DNA of 64,000 nt from Candidatus Poribacteria bacterium (GCA_963665235.2 CAXXLX010000002.1:736001-800000), one strand, 5' to 3'. Counted from the first letter of the stretch, positions 18,530-29,457 are shown. Translations and numbers: made by a program. The notes: generated from the letters alone by a model not told the origin.

Positions 18530-21247
18530 CTAAAGTGGCTCTAACCTGACCGGGCACACCTTCAATTCGGCAGTGTGGGTAATCGGGTCGTATCCTGAAC
18601 CGGTCAATAAATTGACAGGCACATCCGCGAAACTGAAGCTGGCGAAAACGGTGCCGCGCGGGGAACGATTTGTCGCTTTGACTTTAATCGTGATACTTCC
18701 ACGGGCACTGCTCATTTTGCACCACTCCCCATCTGTCAAGTTCAATTTCTCAATATCGGCGGGATTCACCTCAAGTGTTTCTTCAGGTAACAGATAATCA
18801 ATCCCTTGTGCGCGTCCTGTTTGCGTGCGGGTGTGATAAGATGCTAGTCTCCTACCTGTCGTTAGCCATATCGGGAACGTCTCGCTGATAGTTTCAGCGG
18901 GGTCGCGATAATGAACCGTTGAAAAGATGCCTCTTCCATTGACGAACGTTTCCTCATGCAGACGCGGTGTGCCGGGGTGCTCTTTATGCGGCACGGGCCA
19001 CTGATATTCCCCTCGTTCAATACGTTCCCAATCCAAACCTGCGTAAATCGGGGAAAGACGACAGAGTTCATTGAAAATCGGTTTCGGTGCGTCAAAATCG
19101 AAACCTTTGACCCCGAGCCGTTGTGCGATTTGACAGATAATCCACCAATCCGGTTTTGCTTCACCGGGGGGTGGTACCGCGGCACGCATCCGTTGGACGC
19201 GGCGTTCCGTGTTTGTGCAAGCCCCATCCGTTTCACCCCAGGCGGTTGCAGGAAGGACCACATCGGCAAGGGCTGCAGTTTCAGTCAAGAAAATATCAAT
19301 CACAACGAGGTGCGCCAACGAACGGAGGGCATGTTCACAATGTTCCCGGTCTGGATCGGAGAGTAGCGTGTTCTCTCCATCAATTAGCATCGCATGGATG
19401 CTGTCGCCACAGAGTTCCAAGGCGGTCACTTTTGTGATACCCTTCTCTAGGTCAATCTCTCTGCCGTAAGCCGCACCGAATTTCGCCCGGTTTTCCGGTG
19501 CTGTGACAGTTTGAAAACCGGGGTAGTTATTGGGTAATGCGCCGCTGTCCCCCGCGCCCTGTATATTATTCTGCCCACGCATCGGGTTGATACCTGTTCC
19601 CTCGCGACCGACATTTCCTGTCATCAGTGCAAGGTTGCACAAGCTTTGAACGTTCTCAACCCCACAAATATGCTCCGTGATACCGAGTGTATAGTAGATT
19701 GCCCCTCTGTTTGCTGTGCCGTACCATTTCGCTGCGGTTTCAATATCCTCGGCAGGTACGCCGGTGATTGTCTCCGCCCATTCCGGTGTCCACTGACTAA
19801 TATGCTCAAAGAAGTCATCAAATCCGGTGGTGCGATTTGCGATGAATTCTTCATTGATCAAACCGTCTCGTGCGATGACGTGCGCCATTCCTAAAAGCAG
19901 TGCTGTATCTGAACCGACGCGGAGGGGTAGATAGAGATGCGACAGATCCGCGAGCCCGATACGCCTCGGATCGGCGACGATGAGTTTTGCGCCGCGGGCA
20001 ATCGCTTTCTTGAGCCCCGTCGCTGCAACAGGATGGCACTCTGTCATATTTGTGCCGATACAGAAGATAACATCCGGTTTCTGCATATCGACGAGCGGGT
20101 TAGACATTGCCCCACGTCCGATTGTCGCTGCCAGCCCGGCAACGGTGGGGGCATGTCAGGCACGGCTGCAATTGTCAATATAGTTCGTGCCGAACCCTGC
20201 GCGGATAAACTTCTGCATGAGATATGCGGCTTCACTCGGTGCACGCCCGGAGGCGATACCGTAGATGCTATGTCTGCCGTGTTCCGCATTGGCTTTCCTG
20301 AACCCTTCGGCAGCCCTATCCAGCGCGTCCTCCCACGTGGTCGCGTGTAGTTCACCATCTTCACCACGCACCAGCGGTGTTTTCAAGCGGTCCGGGTGTT
20401 GCACGAAGTCGTAAGCGAACTGCCCTTTAACACAGAGTGCGCCTTGATTGGCTGGCCCGTCCATCGCTGGATGAATGCCGACGATTTTCTCGTCTTTTGT
20501 AAGCACATCGACCGAGCAACCGACCCCACAATAGGCACATATCGTTCGCGTCTTGTCAATAGCGTTCGAAGTCGTAGGTACACCCTGTTGTGCTGTAGGT
20601 TCAGCAGCGCGTAGTGCTTTTTTATCTGCAAGCGCGCCTGTCGGGCAGGTCTGGATACACTGTCCACAGAAGGTGCATGCGGAGTCCTTGAGGGCCCCAT
20701 CAAATTCGGTCACAATCTGTGTATGAAACCCCCGGTTCATGACATTGATAGCGTGGTCGCCCTCCTGTTCCGCACAAACGCGTACACACCGATAGCAGGA
20801 GATGCAGAGTTCATAATCTCTGAGTATAAACGGATTTTCATCCTGTTTACTTGTGCCAGAGGTCTCACCTGTTATACGGGTGGTGTTAGCAGCGTATTTA
20901 TCACGGAGGGTTGCGAGTTCGCCAGAGGCATAGCCGCTCAAAGGGTCGACATCAACTTCACGATTTTCGCCAATAACCATTTCAAGTAGCGTTTTGCGGT
21001 ACGCCTCAATTGTGTCGGTTGCTGTGTGGACTACCATATCTGGGGTAGCTTTTGTTGTGCAAGCGGCTACGGGATTTCTTGCCCCCGCCAATTCAACGAT
21101 ACAAAGCCGACATCCGCCGAAGGGTTCAAGTCGGGGGTCGTAGCAGAGAGTCGGTATCTCCTTCTGATGGCGTTGTGCCACCTCAAGGACCGTTTCCCCC
21201 TCGGAGAATACAACCTCAACGCCATCAATTTCCATTTTATGTTTCAT
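18530..21247 (-). CDS. fdhF: Selenocysteine-containing formate dehydrogenase alpha subunit (2Fe-2S/4Fe-4S N-terminus plus Mo/W-bisPGD domain), with UGA at 20156-20158
   Basis: The two track ORFs are in frame and joined by DNCSRA-UGA-HAPTVAGL. CAYCGVGC and RGQNNIQG are present. A SECIS-like hairpin follows the UGA. Confidence 0.88.
20127..20158 (-). promoter_or_regulatory. Bacterial SECIS element
   Basis: UGA CAUGCCCCCACC GUUGCC-GGGCU-GGCAGC. Spacing and shape resemble the E. coli fdhF SECIS. Confidence 0.7.
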
Positions 21248-21275
21248 CGCGCTCACCTCACGCCGATAGACAATC

Positions 21276-22367
21276 CTATTCAGTCTTCGTAAAATCGATT
21301 TGCGGGACTTTGAGCTCACCAGCAAGGATTTTTGCTGCTGTTTCCTCAATCTTTTTTTGTACCGCTTCAGGCACCTTATCCTTCAATTTCGGATTATAGA
21401 CCATGGAGATTGCGTTGTCGGTTGACATTGTGTAAGTGTAAGGGTTCGATTTATCCGCTTTAAAGGTTCCCTCTTTCACATGCTTGGCAACGTCAACAAA
21501 TGCGCCCGGTGTAATCACAGCGTTAGCCAGTACAGTTTCTGGGGACACCACACTCTGGTCTCGGTTGGAGCCGAATGCGTAAACAACTTTTCCGGCAGTT
21601 TGTGCGGCTTTGACAGCTTCAAATACGCCGCGTCCGGCGGCATCCGCATTTGGGAAGATAAAGTCAATCCCTTCATCGATCTGCGCGCTTGCAAGTTCTT
21701 TACCCTTAACGCTGTTTTCCCAATCGCCGACATACCCGTAGCGGACCGCTGCGTCAGGGTTAACGCTTTCCACGCCCCCTTTAAACGCCATAAATGTGCT
21801 ATTAACAGATGGAATGTTCTGCCCGCCAATAACCCCGACTTTGTTTGTTTGCGTCATCATGCCTGCCATAATACCTAAAAGATAGGTTGCCTCTTCAAGC
21901 CGAAAGTTAATAGGGGCTATATTCGTTTGATAGGTCCCCCCGGATGTCGTAATGAAAACTGTTTCAGGAAAATCTGAAGCGACGGCCTTCGCCGGATCTT
22001 GATATTCATATCCATGTCCGAAGATGAGGTTATATTCTTCTGTTGCATAAGAGCGAAAATGTTCCTCCTGATCGGCGGGGGTTCGGCTTTCAACGTGACT
22101 AATTTTCGCGCCAAGCTCTTTTTCAATTGCGAGGAGTCCATCATAGGCGAGCGCGTTCCATCCTGCATCGCTAATAGAGGCAGGAAGAAGCATGGCCACC
22201 TTGAATTGGGTTTCCTGTGGCGTGTTGATTTGCTCTTTTTCCGTGTCGGTTTCGGCTTTCTTAGAAGAATCCGCACATCCGACCAGCACAAGACCGATTG
22301 CTAAAAGACATGCGCTGTATAACGCAGCGTGAAAGATGATTTTAATTGACCAATGTGTTTTTTTCAT
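21276..22367 (-). CDS. BMP family ABC transporter substrate-binding lipoprotein
   Basis: LVGC lipobox and motifs DAGWN, GHGYEY and YLLGIMAG. Confidence 0.88.
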   Translation of the reverse strand: MKKTHWSIKIIFHAALYSACLLAIGLVLVGCADSSKKAETDTEKEQINTPQETQFKVAMLLPASISDAGWNALAYDGLLAIEKELGAKISHVESRTPADQEEHFRSYATEEYNLIFGHGYEYQDPAKAVASDFPETVFITTSGGTYQTNIAPINFRLEEATYLLGIMAGMMTQTNKVGVIGGQNIPSVNSTFMAFKGGVESVNPDAAVRYGYVGDWENSVKGKELASAQIDEGIDFIFPNADAAGRGVFEAVKAAQTAGKVVYAFGSNRDQSVVSPETVLANAVITPGAFVDVAKHVKEGTFKADKSNPYTYTMSTDNAISMVYNPKLKDKVPEAVQKKIEETAAKILAGELKVPQIDFTKTE

Positions 22368-22459
22368 TAAAACGTTCTCCTCTGTATACTAAGATTGCAG
22401 ATATTATAGCATATTTGCGCGGAAAATGTAAAGTATTATGCTCTCTCCGAATTGAATTA

Positions 22460-22488
22460 TTGACAAACAAACATAAATTTTGTAAAAT
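22460..22488 (+). promoter_or_regulatory. sigma70 promoter
   Basis: TTGACA-17 nt-TAAAAT upstream of the aldo/keto reductase. Confidence 0.65.
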
Positions 22489-22527
22489 AGCAAGCATACA
22501 CAATTTTTGTAGCGGAGGGAGAAAAAG

Positions 22528-23466
22528 ATGCGACAGCGCAAACTAGGAAATACAGGATTGCTCGTCTCTGAAATCGGTATGGGTACATGGGAGCTTGGCG
22601 GACGCGAATGGGGCGATATTAGCGAAACAGATGCCATCTCACTGCTACGATACGCCTTCGAAAAGGGAGTCACGTTCTACGATACAGCAGATCAGTACGG
22701 CGGCGGACGCGCCGAACGCCTGCTCGGTGAAGCCTTCTCGTCACTCGGCGACAGGGTCACCATCGCTACGAAACTTGGATATGAGCTAGACTCCGACGGA
22801 TGGATTAGCCAAGGGGGAAAAGTCCCAACGTTCAACGCATCGAAAGATTATATCCGACATGCAGTTGAAGGAAGCCTCACCCGATTGAAAAAGGATGCAA
22901 TAGATATTTATCAATTCCACGCGCCCCCACCTGCTGAAATGTGGGATGAAGCCTTCGAAACGATGGAAACCCTCAAATCAGAGGGGAAAATTCGTTTGTA
23001 CGGGTTATGCCTTGGAAACGAAGCGCAGGCACTTAAAGCAATAGCAAAAACAGGAATTTCTTCCTTGATGCTAACCTACAATATCCTTAATCAGGATATG
23101 GCGAAAACAGTGATGAACACCGCAGCGGAAAAAGGCATCGCAGTTGTAGCACGTCAACCGTTATCCTCCGGGCTGCTTTCTGGACATCTCAAGTCGGACA
23201 CCGTATTTGCAGAAAACGATTATCGGAAGACGTGGCCCCGCGAGAAATTCCTTGCCGATTTAGAACGTGTGGAAGAAATCAGATCGATACTTGGGGACAA
23301 AGTACGCAGCTTACCCCAAGCTGCGCTGAAATTTATTTTGGCGCATCCGGCAGTCTCTACCGTCATTCCCGGAATGATGACACCTGCGCAGGTTGACGAT
23401 GGCGTTGCAACCTCCGGGGCAGATTCACTCCCCGCGGCGATTATAGGAAAATTACGCGGCAATTAG
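22528..23466 (+). CDS. Aldo/keto reductase
   Basis: Motifs LGNTGLLVSEIGMG, YDTADQYG and SLTRLKKDAIDIYQFH. Confidence 0.92.
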   Translation: MRQRKLGNTGLLVSEIGMGTWELGGREWGDISETDAISLLRYAFEKGVTFYDTADQYGGGRAERLLGEAFSSLGDRVTIATKLGYELDSDGWISQGGKVPTFNASKDYIRHAVEGSLTRLKKDAIDIYQFHAPPPAEMWDEAFETMETLKSEGKIRLYGLCLGNEAQALKAIAKTGISSLMLTYNILNQDMAKTVMNTAAEKGIAVVARQPLSSGLLSGHLKSDTVFAENDYRKTWPREKFLADLERVEEIRSILGDKVRSLPQAALKFILAHPAVSTVIPGMMTPAQVDDGVATSGADSLPAAIIGKLRGN

Positions 23467-23489
23467 TAGACATTATGCCAATCTACGAG

Positions 23490-23646
23490 TACGTCTGTTT
23501 CGTTAAGAGGCGCGGTGCGTAGGGGCGGGGTTTCCCCGCCCGCTTTGCAGTTACGTCTGTTTCGTTAAGAGGCGCGGTGCGTAGGGGCGGGGTTTCCCCG
23601 CCCGCTTTGCAGTCCTGGTTATAGGGCGAGGGGACCCCGCCCCTAC
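23490..23646. repeat. BIME-like cluster: two exact 62-bp tandem units each holding a GTAG REP, plus one inverted REP
   Basis: 23490-23551 equals 23552-23613. REP is GTAGGGGCGGGGTTTCCCCGCCCGC, with an inverted copy at 23624-23646. Lies between convergent genes. Confidence 0.8.
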
Positions 23647-23681
23647 AAGGCTTAGTGCTAAATTTGCGTCTGTCCTGCCTA

Positions 23682-25799
23682 TTAAAAACTCTGTCTGCCC
23701 ACGGCCATGTTTTGTGCCCTATCAGTCACGCGAATAATGATGCTATGTTCCCCTTCGGGAAGTTCCCCTGTTTCCAATAGCAGTGTTTCCTGTTTAGAAT
23801 CGAAGATTCCATCATCAGGAAAGATAACCTTCCAATGTTCGTCGTTATCAATCTTATAAACCGCTTTCAAGACAGAGTTCATTGTATCCGTAACATCACA
23901 GGTGATTTTGTAGGAGCCATTACCGTTGGCAACAACTTGGATTTCACCGACAGACGGGTCAGTATTATCGATGTCGAACGGTCGACTGACCTTCTCGGCG
24001 GATTTTGCCCATCCTACCGGATTGCTGAGTTTGTCGGTTGCGCTGACCTTCAGCTCATACCTTCCATCAGCGATAGCGGTGATATCCCAATCGTAACTCG
24101 TTTTTACCAATTCCTTTTTAAGAAGTTTCCAGTTCTCTTCGCCGACGGCTCTATAGTGGAGGGTGTACTGTAAAGTATCTTTATTTGCATCTTCCACCTT
24201 CCATTCAACTTTCCAGTTTTTCGCCTGCGCGCCGGATGCACCGCTTCCGCCGCTACTGCCTGAACGCATTGCACCGGGAGGCGGGCCACCGCCTGATGAA
24301 CGACTCCCCGCACTGCCCTGGCCGACAGTCAGGCTGTTAACCTGGGGTTCAACGTTCGTTTGTGCTGAGGCGAGTGTAACCTTTTTGAGTAGCGGCGTTT
24401 GCGCTGGGTCAGTGGTTGTGAATTTCGCACGCCACTGTATGTACTGCCCATCGGCATTAGGAATTTGGGACCCTTCTGCGGTTGTCAGTTCTTCCGACCA
24501 ATCGTTCCAGGTGTCATCCGGTTTTCGGGTGTTGCCGGAACGTGTTGCAAACGTGATTGAAGTACCTTCTACTATCTCCGCTTCCCAAGAAAGTTTTCCC
24601 CAGCGAGACAAGCTTTGAGCATTGTGGACAGTAGATTCAAGCGTTCCTTCTTCAACATACGTTGATGTTAGCGTAAAAAGTTTACCGGGATTTCCTCCCG
24701 CAAGGAGTGTGTACCTGCCCTCCTCCTGTTCCACGTGGTGTATAGCAATGATATTCTCCGCAGAACATTTGCCAAGCATTTCAGACTCACCTGTGTGTGT
24801 GTATACCCTGTATAACTTTCCTTTATCGCCAGTGCCCGCTAAAATTTGCGTATCGTTTTCCAAAACAATTGTCTGGATAATTGGTTCAGGCGAATCCCAT
24901 ACGCGTGCTGCGGTTCCATCCGGCCGAATTCTATAGATATAAGATTTGTTTTCCACCGGCGGGCCGCTGCCAGGGGCCGGGGGCGGTTTCACAGAGGGCG
25001 GGCCGCTGGACCGTCGGGGACTACTTCTATCAGGCGGTGCTGAGGTGACGACTGCAGCGTAAAGGGTACCTTGACTGTCTAAGGCAAGTGCGCGCACCTC
25101 TCTCTCTTTTGCCTGATACACTACGTTTGCGGTGCCATCGTGTGCCACTTTATAGATAATGCCGTTGCCGCCACTTCCGACATAGAATCCATCCTTGTAT
25201 GGAACGATAGACATGATATTTTTTTCTTCGACATCAAAGAAAACACTAGATTCCCCATCAGGCGTGATTTTGTAAATCTTCCCATCGGTTCCCGTTACAG
25301 CGTAGAGGTTCCCTTCATCGTCCAGGTGCATCGCCCAGACGTACTTGTCCCCTTCACTCAGAATCGTTTGGGGTGGAGTTTCCGCATCGGTAATTTTGTA
25401 AATCAGTCCATCGGGGCCTGTGCCAGCATAAAGGGCCCCATCTTGCCCGATGGCGAGGCTATAAATGACCACTTCAGGCGAATCGTAAAAGAGCGTAGAT
25501 GTTTTGCCATCCGCGCTAATTTTATAAATTTTGCCCTGGGTACCCGTGCCCGCATAGATGTTCCCTTCATCATCCTCAACGAGTGCCCACACCTGTGTTT
25601 CCTTCAAATCCGCGAAGGTGTCTACTTTGAGAGACAGTTTGACATCTCCCGTGCTTGTGACTGTCATGTTTTTGAGCTCGCCCTCTTCAAAATGTGCTTG
25701 TTGATGCTGTTCCCACAAGGAAGTTGTCACAGCAGGGGCGAGGCTAGCGTAAATTAAAACGGTTGCAATAAGACTCCAGAAAGAGACGAAACGGCGCAT
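23682..25799 (-). CDS. Secreted beta-propeller plus Ig/FN3-like protein
   Basis: Signal peptide, repeated GNLYAGTGxxGKIYKI blades and a C-terminal beta-sandwich region. Confidence 0.75.
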   Translation of the reverse strand: MRRFVSFWSLIATVLIYASLAPAVTTSLWEQHQQAHFEEGELKNMTVTSTGDVKLSLKVDTFADLKETQVWALVEDDEGNIYAGTGTQGKIYKISADGKTSTLFYDSPEVVIYSLAIGQDGALYAGTGPDGLIYKITDAETPPQTILSEGDKYVWAMHLDDEGNLYAVTGTDGKIYKITPDGESSVFFDVEEKNIMSIVPYKDGFYVGSGGNGIIYKVAHDGTANVVYQAKEREVRALALDSQGTLYAAVVTSAPPDRSSPRRSSGPPSVKPPPAPGSGPPVENKSYIYRIRPDGTAARVWDSPEPIIQTIVLENDTQILAGTGDKGKLYRVYTHTGESEMLGKCSAENIIAIHHVEQEEGRYTLLAGGNPGKLFTLTSTYVEEGTLESTVHNAQSLSRWGKLSWEAEIVEGTSITFATRSGNTRKPDDTWNDWSEELTTAEGSQIPNADGQYIQWRAKFTTTDPAQTPLLKKVTLASAQTNVEPQVNSLTVGQGSAGSRSSGGGPPPGAMRSGSSGGSGASGAQAKNWKVEWKVEDANKDTLQYTLHYRAVGEENWKLLKKELVKTSYDWDITAIADGRYELKVSATDKLSNPVGWAKSAEKVSRPFDIDNTDPSVGEIQVVANGNGSYKITCDVTDTMNSVLKAVYKIDNDEHWKVIFPDDGIFDSKQETLLLETGELPEGEHSIIIRVTDRAQNMAVGRQSF

Positions 25800-25854
25800 G
25801 AAAAATATCCTCCTCTAAATTGCGCAATAATTAACAAAAAATCCGAACCCTCGG

Positions 25855-27747
25855 TTATGGTGCATTTCTATCAACAGCAAACCGCATCGAAGCACTTCCA
25901 AGGATAACGTAGTCTGTTATAACTTTGTCTGTGTGTAAGGTTGTACCCATTGTGTACCCACTTTCCCCAACTTTCCGCGCGGTATTCATGACAGACATGA
26001 CAGAAATCGGAAGGTCAGAGAATTCCTCACCCTGAACGGTTAGTCCCGCTTTCGGTACAGAGAGTTTCAAGATGATATTGGTGTTAAGTTCACCGCGTTG
26101 CAATAATGCGATTAACTGATTGACGTTTTTCGGACGAAAATTAAGCGGTGCTCGCGAGCGTTCCCATGAGGTGTATGAACTTGAACTCATCGCGAGAAGC
26201 ATAACAATTCCATCAGGCGTATCCTCTGGAATGGTAATCGTGCCTGTCAGCGTAATCGGTTGCTCTAGATACGGACGCAGCAGGAACGTTATTTTGACCT
26301 CTTCTCCGGGGCGATAGCGAAGTTTATCCAGCTTGGCCTCGATTATCCCTGCAGTTTTCCGCTTATCCTCAATTTTTACATCAAAATTCACCGCCTCCAC
26401 TTTTACTTTGGTATACGGATTGAGTATCAAATCCATCAGCGGGTTCACAACGGAACGGGAAACATTTAGCCCAGGGGAGCCGCTGGAAGAATAGATGTTT
26501 TTTAAGACAATTTTTTGTGTGTCTAACTCCGGATGCTCCTTAAGGGTAATCGTTGTCTTTGCATTCACTGTGTGGTCATTCCCGTAGAATTCCATCGCAT
26601 CTATTACATTTGCAATTCCAATTCCGGTATATAATGCTGAGAAACCCTGATCGCGAATTACCTCATAGTATACATCATGTTCTTTCCTATCAGTCGTCCG
26701 GACCTTTGCTGTCACGGGTATATAATGATGCGTATCCGGGAGCTTTTTAATCAGTCCAGCAATTGCTGGGTCTCGATCTTGTACCAAGGTCCCAATCGGT
26801 TGTGTAGGCGATGCTACTTTGCTTGAGCGACTGCTGCTCGGAAGAATAAAATGGACAAACCCGCCAGAAATTGGTAGGTTCACATTGCCTTCCCCCGAAG
26901 CGGAGTGCCCGTACGCCAGTAATTCATTTCCATCGACATAGGTGATAGTCCCATAGCCGAAAGCAGTGTAGTCACCCCTTACAAATTCGGTACCGATTGC
27001 CTGCCCCTCTTCGACCGGCGATTTTTTAACAGGTCCACTTCCCCCTGCCGCTTGAACGGGCAGCATGTTCCATTTTTCAAAAACCGGTTTAAGAAAGTGC
27101 ATCGTTGCTGCATCGAGCCGTGGCAGGGTGACAGGTATTGCTAACCGCAAGGAATTCTCTTGTGTGTTTAAGGGGTACTCTGAAGACATTTTACTACGGT
27201 CAAGAGAATTTTGAGGGAGTGCACTATCACCCTTCGAAATAAGGGCTGGCACCATATCCAGACCATCTGATACATATTCCGAGCCGATGTCAAAGAGCTG
27301 GGCTCCCGCGTATCTAAGGTTAGGTTTCATGCCGCGTGCTGCGACATCTATCATTAATTCAATAGGCGTTACGCCGAAGAGATTTGCATGTTCCCGTTGG
27401 TTGAAATAACCGAGCGAAAGGGCTCCCATGAGCCGTCCATCAATGTAAATGGGGCTGCCGCTCATACCCCCCGCAACGCCGGTACGCTTAAAGTTATCGC
27501 TGGTCCCTTTTGCCCAGACGACATGCCATCTCGGATATGCGTTGTACTCAATACTCACAACCTCAAAATCAAATTCTTCAACCGTTGTTCCAGAAAAGAC
27601 TGTGTAACCTTTCCCTGTCATGCCCGGTTCTACTTCAGACAACGGCATAAATTTCTCAGCGTCCCATTTAATCTGAGCGTACCCGTGGAATGCAGCCAAG
27701 CAGAAAACCACAAGTGCACAAAGCAAAATCTTTTTCACAATTTTCAC
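25855..27747 (-). CDS. SpoIVB-like peptidase S55 domain protein
   Basis: Motifs PGMTGKGYTVFSG, GGMSGSPIYIDGRLMGALS and LLAYGH. Confidence 0.85.
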   Translation of the reverse strand: MKIVKKILLCALVVFCLAAFHGYAQIKWDAEKFMPLSEVEPGMTGKGYTVFSGTTVEEFDFEVVSIEYNAYPRWHVVWAKGTSDNFKRTGVAGGMSGSPIYIDGRLMGALSLGYFNQREHANLFGVTPIELMIDVAARGMKPNLRYAGAQLFDIGSEYVSDGLDMVPALISKGDSALPQNSLDRSKMSSEYPLNTQENSLRLAIPVTLPRLDAATMHFLKPVFEKWNMLPVQAAGGSGPVKKSPVEEGQAIGTEFVRGDYTAFGYGTITYVDGNELLAYGHSASGEGNVNLPISGGFVHFILPSSSRSSKVASPTQPIGTLVQDRDPAIAGLIKKLPDTHHYIPVTAKVRTTDRKEHDVYYEVIRDQGFSALYTGIGIANVIDAMEFYGNDHTVNAKTTITLKEHPELDTQKIVLKNIYSSSGSPGLNVSRSVVNPLMDLILNPYTKVKVEAVNFDVKIEDKRKTAGIIEAKLDKLRYRPGEEVKITFLLRPYLEQPITLTGTITIPEDTPDGIVMLLAMSSSSYTSWERSRAPLNFRPKNVNQLIALLQRGELNTNIILKLSVPKAGLTVQGEEFSDLPISVMSVMNTARKVGESGYTMGTTLHTDKVITDYVILGSASMRFAVDRNAP

Positions 27748-28103
27748 TCCTCTCTGATATATCGAAAATTGAGTATCGTGTGTGACGGTACAAAACCGTT
27801 ATGTCCAAGAAACTGTGCCATTTTTCAAAAATAGGTGCACGTATTTGTCACACTACGAACGGTTTAAGGTTTAAATAAAGTTTAGTCGAATTTCCTCGTA
27901 ATATAAGATAGCATATTAAACTGACACCTGTCAATCTAAAAATCAGGGTCATGGCGAAAAATATGGAGAACTAAATAACCCTGGGGTGTGTAAATATTTT
28001 GCCCCTGGGTCTCGATGTAGCATTTAGCTTCCCACTGTTTGTAGATGTGCTTTGCTATGAATAACCAACGCGTTTACAAAGCACACCCACATGGAGGCAT
28101 ACG

Positions 28104-28463
28104 TTACCACTCTATATCCTCGAGAGATTGTGCCTCTAACACCTGCGTGAATATGGCATCTAGGCGTTTGAGGCTGCGCATCCTCCCGATTTTACGAGTA
28201 AGTTCATCCGGCACATCGTCGAACCGTGTGTGTAGGGTTTTCAGGGTAACCTCACGTTTCGCACGAACTTCACCGCGTTGTTCGCCGCGTTGTTCGCCGA
28301 TTTCTATTCCGCGTTGTTCGCCGATTTCTATTCCGCGTTGTTCGCCGATTTCTATTCCGCGTTGTTCGCCGCGTTGTTCGCCGCGTTGTTCGCCGATTTC
28401 TATTCCGCGTTGTTCGCCGGCTTTCATGCCATCCTCAAAAAGGGATTGGGCTATTGTTTGCAC
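28104..28463 (-). CDS. Putative internally initiated small Rpn C-terminal protein (RpnS)
   Basis: In-frame GTG at 28463, with AAGGAGG 8 nt upstream. Confidence 0.55.
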   Translation of the reverse strand: MQTIAQSLFEDGMKAGEQRGIEIGEQRGEQRGEQRGIEIGEQRGIEIGEQRGIEIGEQRGEQRGEVRAKREVTLKTLHTRFDDVPDELTRKIGRMRSLKRLDAIFTQVLEAQSLEDIEW

Positions 28464-29309
28464 TCTTGATTCCTCCTTCGCTCTAAGCGATTTATCCTCT
28501 ATCAAATCGTGAATCACATGAACTAAACCTTCACGCTCTTCACGCGGCCTACGACCAAAAATCAACATATACAGATACGACAAAACTTTGTCACGCTGGT
28601 TTGCTTCATCAGGGCCAAGCGATAGCAGACGCTCCACCGTTGAAACTATTGCCGAACGCAACGCCGCCTCACTCTCATGTTCCTGTTGTAATACCGTCAA
28701 ACCCCAACCCAACGGATGATCCGGCCCAGTCAACGTCTCCGCAGACGTGTGCTTCACATCTAACAACAGAAAACGACACTCCGGAACATATACGTCAAAA
28801 GGACCACGCGGCGTTGACAACTCACGCAACGACAACGGAGCTGACCATCTCCGGTCCCCTGTGTAAAACAGTATACCAATCACAGTTGGCAAACGCCACT
28901 CACTCAGAGGAAGCGACTTCGATTTATGCTCACTGAGATTCCTATCCCATATCTGCGACATATAAGAATGTAAACGATACGCCATTAGCGAGTCAACCGA
29001 TGACTGATGTTCTACCAACACATAAATAGGTAACGTCTCCCGTTCTGCCTCTGATTTGCCAACACCTTGAACTGGAACGCTATACAGCAAATCCGACTCC
29101 TCTTTTCGCAGATCCCTCGAAATAAAAGTCGTCTCCTGCTGAACAGCATTCTCAAAATCGAGATACGGCACAATGGGACTGTCAACGAGCTGCACGAGAC
29201 CCCGCAAGTTATACCAAGTGTCAAGAAGCCAAAGCGAGCTCCGCTCCGGAAATTGCCGTAGTTCTGAATAATCAAGCGCATCCAACCCGCTGGTTATTTT
29301 ATTGTTCAT
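28104..29309 (-). CDS. Rpn family recombination-promoting nuclease (YhgA-like)
   Basis: SDLLYSV...VLVEHQS (PD-(D/E)xK-like), LFYTG and a GEQR/GIEI C-terminal repeat tract. Confidence 0.85.
   Translation of the reverse strand: MNNKITSGLDALDYSELRQFPERSSLWLLDTWYNLRGLVQLVDSPIVPYLDFENAVQQETTFISRDLRKEESDLLYSVPVQGVGKSEAERETLPIYVLVEHQSSVDSLMAYRLHSYMSQIWDRNLSEHKSKSLPLSEWRLPTVIGILFYTGDRRWSAPLSLRELSTPRGPFDVYVPECRFLLLDVKHTSAETLTGPDHPLGWGLTVLQQEHESEAALRSAIVSTVERLLSLGPDEANQRDKVLSYLYMLIFGRRPREEREGLVHVIHDLIEDKSLRAKEESRVQTIAQSLFEDGMKAGEQRGIEIGEQRGEQRGEQRGIEIGEQRGIEIGEQRGIEIGEQRGEQRGEVRAKREVTLKTLHTRFDDVPDELTRKIGRMRSLKRLDAIFTQVLEAQSLEDIEW
28270..28420 (-). repeat. Coding 12-nt mosaic repeat (GGCGAACAACGC / GGAATAGAAATC)
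   Basis: Encodes the GEQR/GIEI tetrapeptide array. Confidence 0.85.
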
Positions 29310-29428
29310 AAATTCCCTCCTTTTCTAATTTTTCTAATGAAGGGATATTCTCTAGCCAACCCATTATAGAATAACATACTTCACAGAAAATGTCAAATGA
29401 ATTGGCGGCGAGATTTAAATTTTTTCAC

Positions 29429-29457
29429 TTGACCTACTTTCACTACTAGGTTAAAAT
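29429..29457 (+). promoter_or_regulatory. sigma70 promoter of the two-component locus
   Basis: TTGACC-17 nt-TAAAAT. Confidence 0.55.

Noticed and set aside
20156-20158. Nonsense mutation making fdh a pseudogene
   Set aside because: The UGA is at the catalytic Sec position and is followed by a SECIS-like hairpin.
23490-23646. Possible CRISPR array
   Set aside because: The two units are identical, with no unique spacers. They are REP-type palindromes, and no cas genes are present.
28270-28420. Possible CRISPR or non-coding tandem repeat (also 33900-34000)
   Set aside because: These are in-frame 12-nt coding repeats typical of Rpn C-termini.
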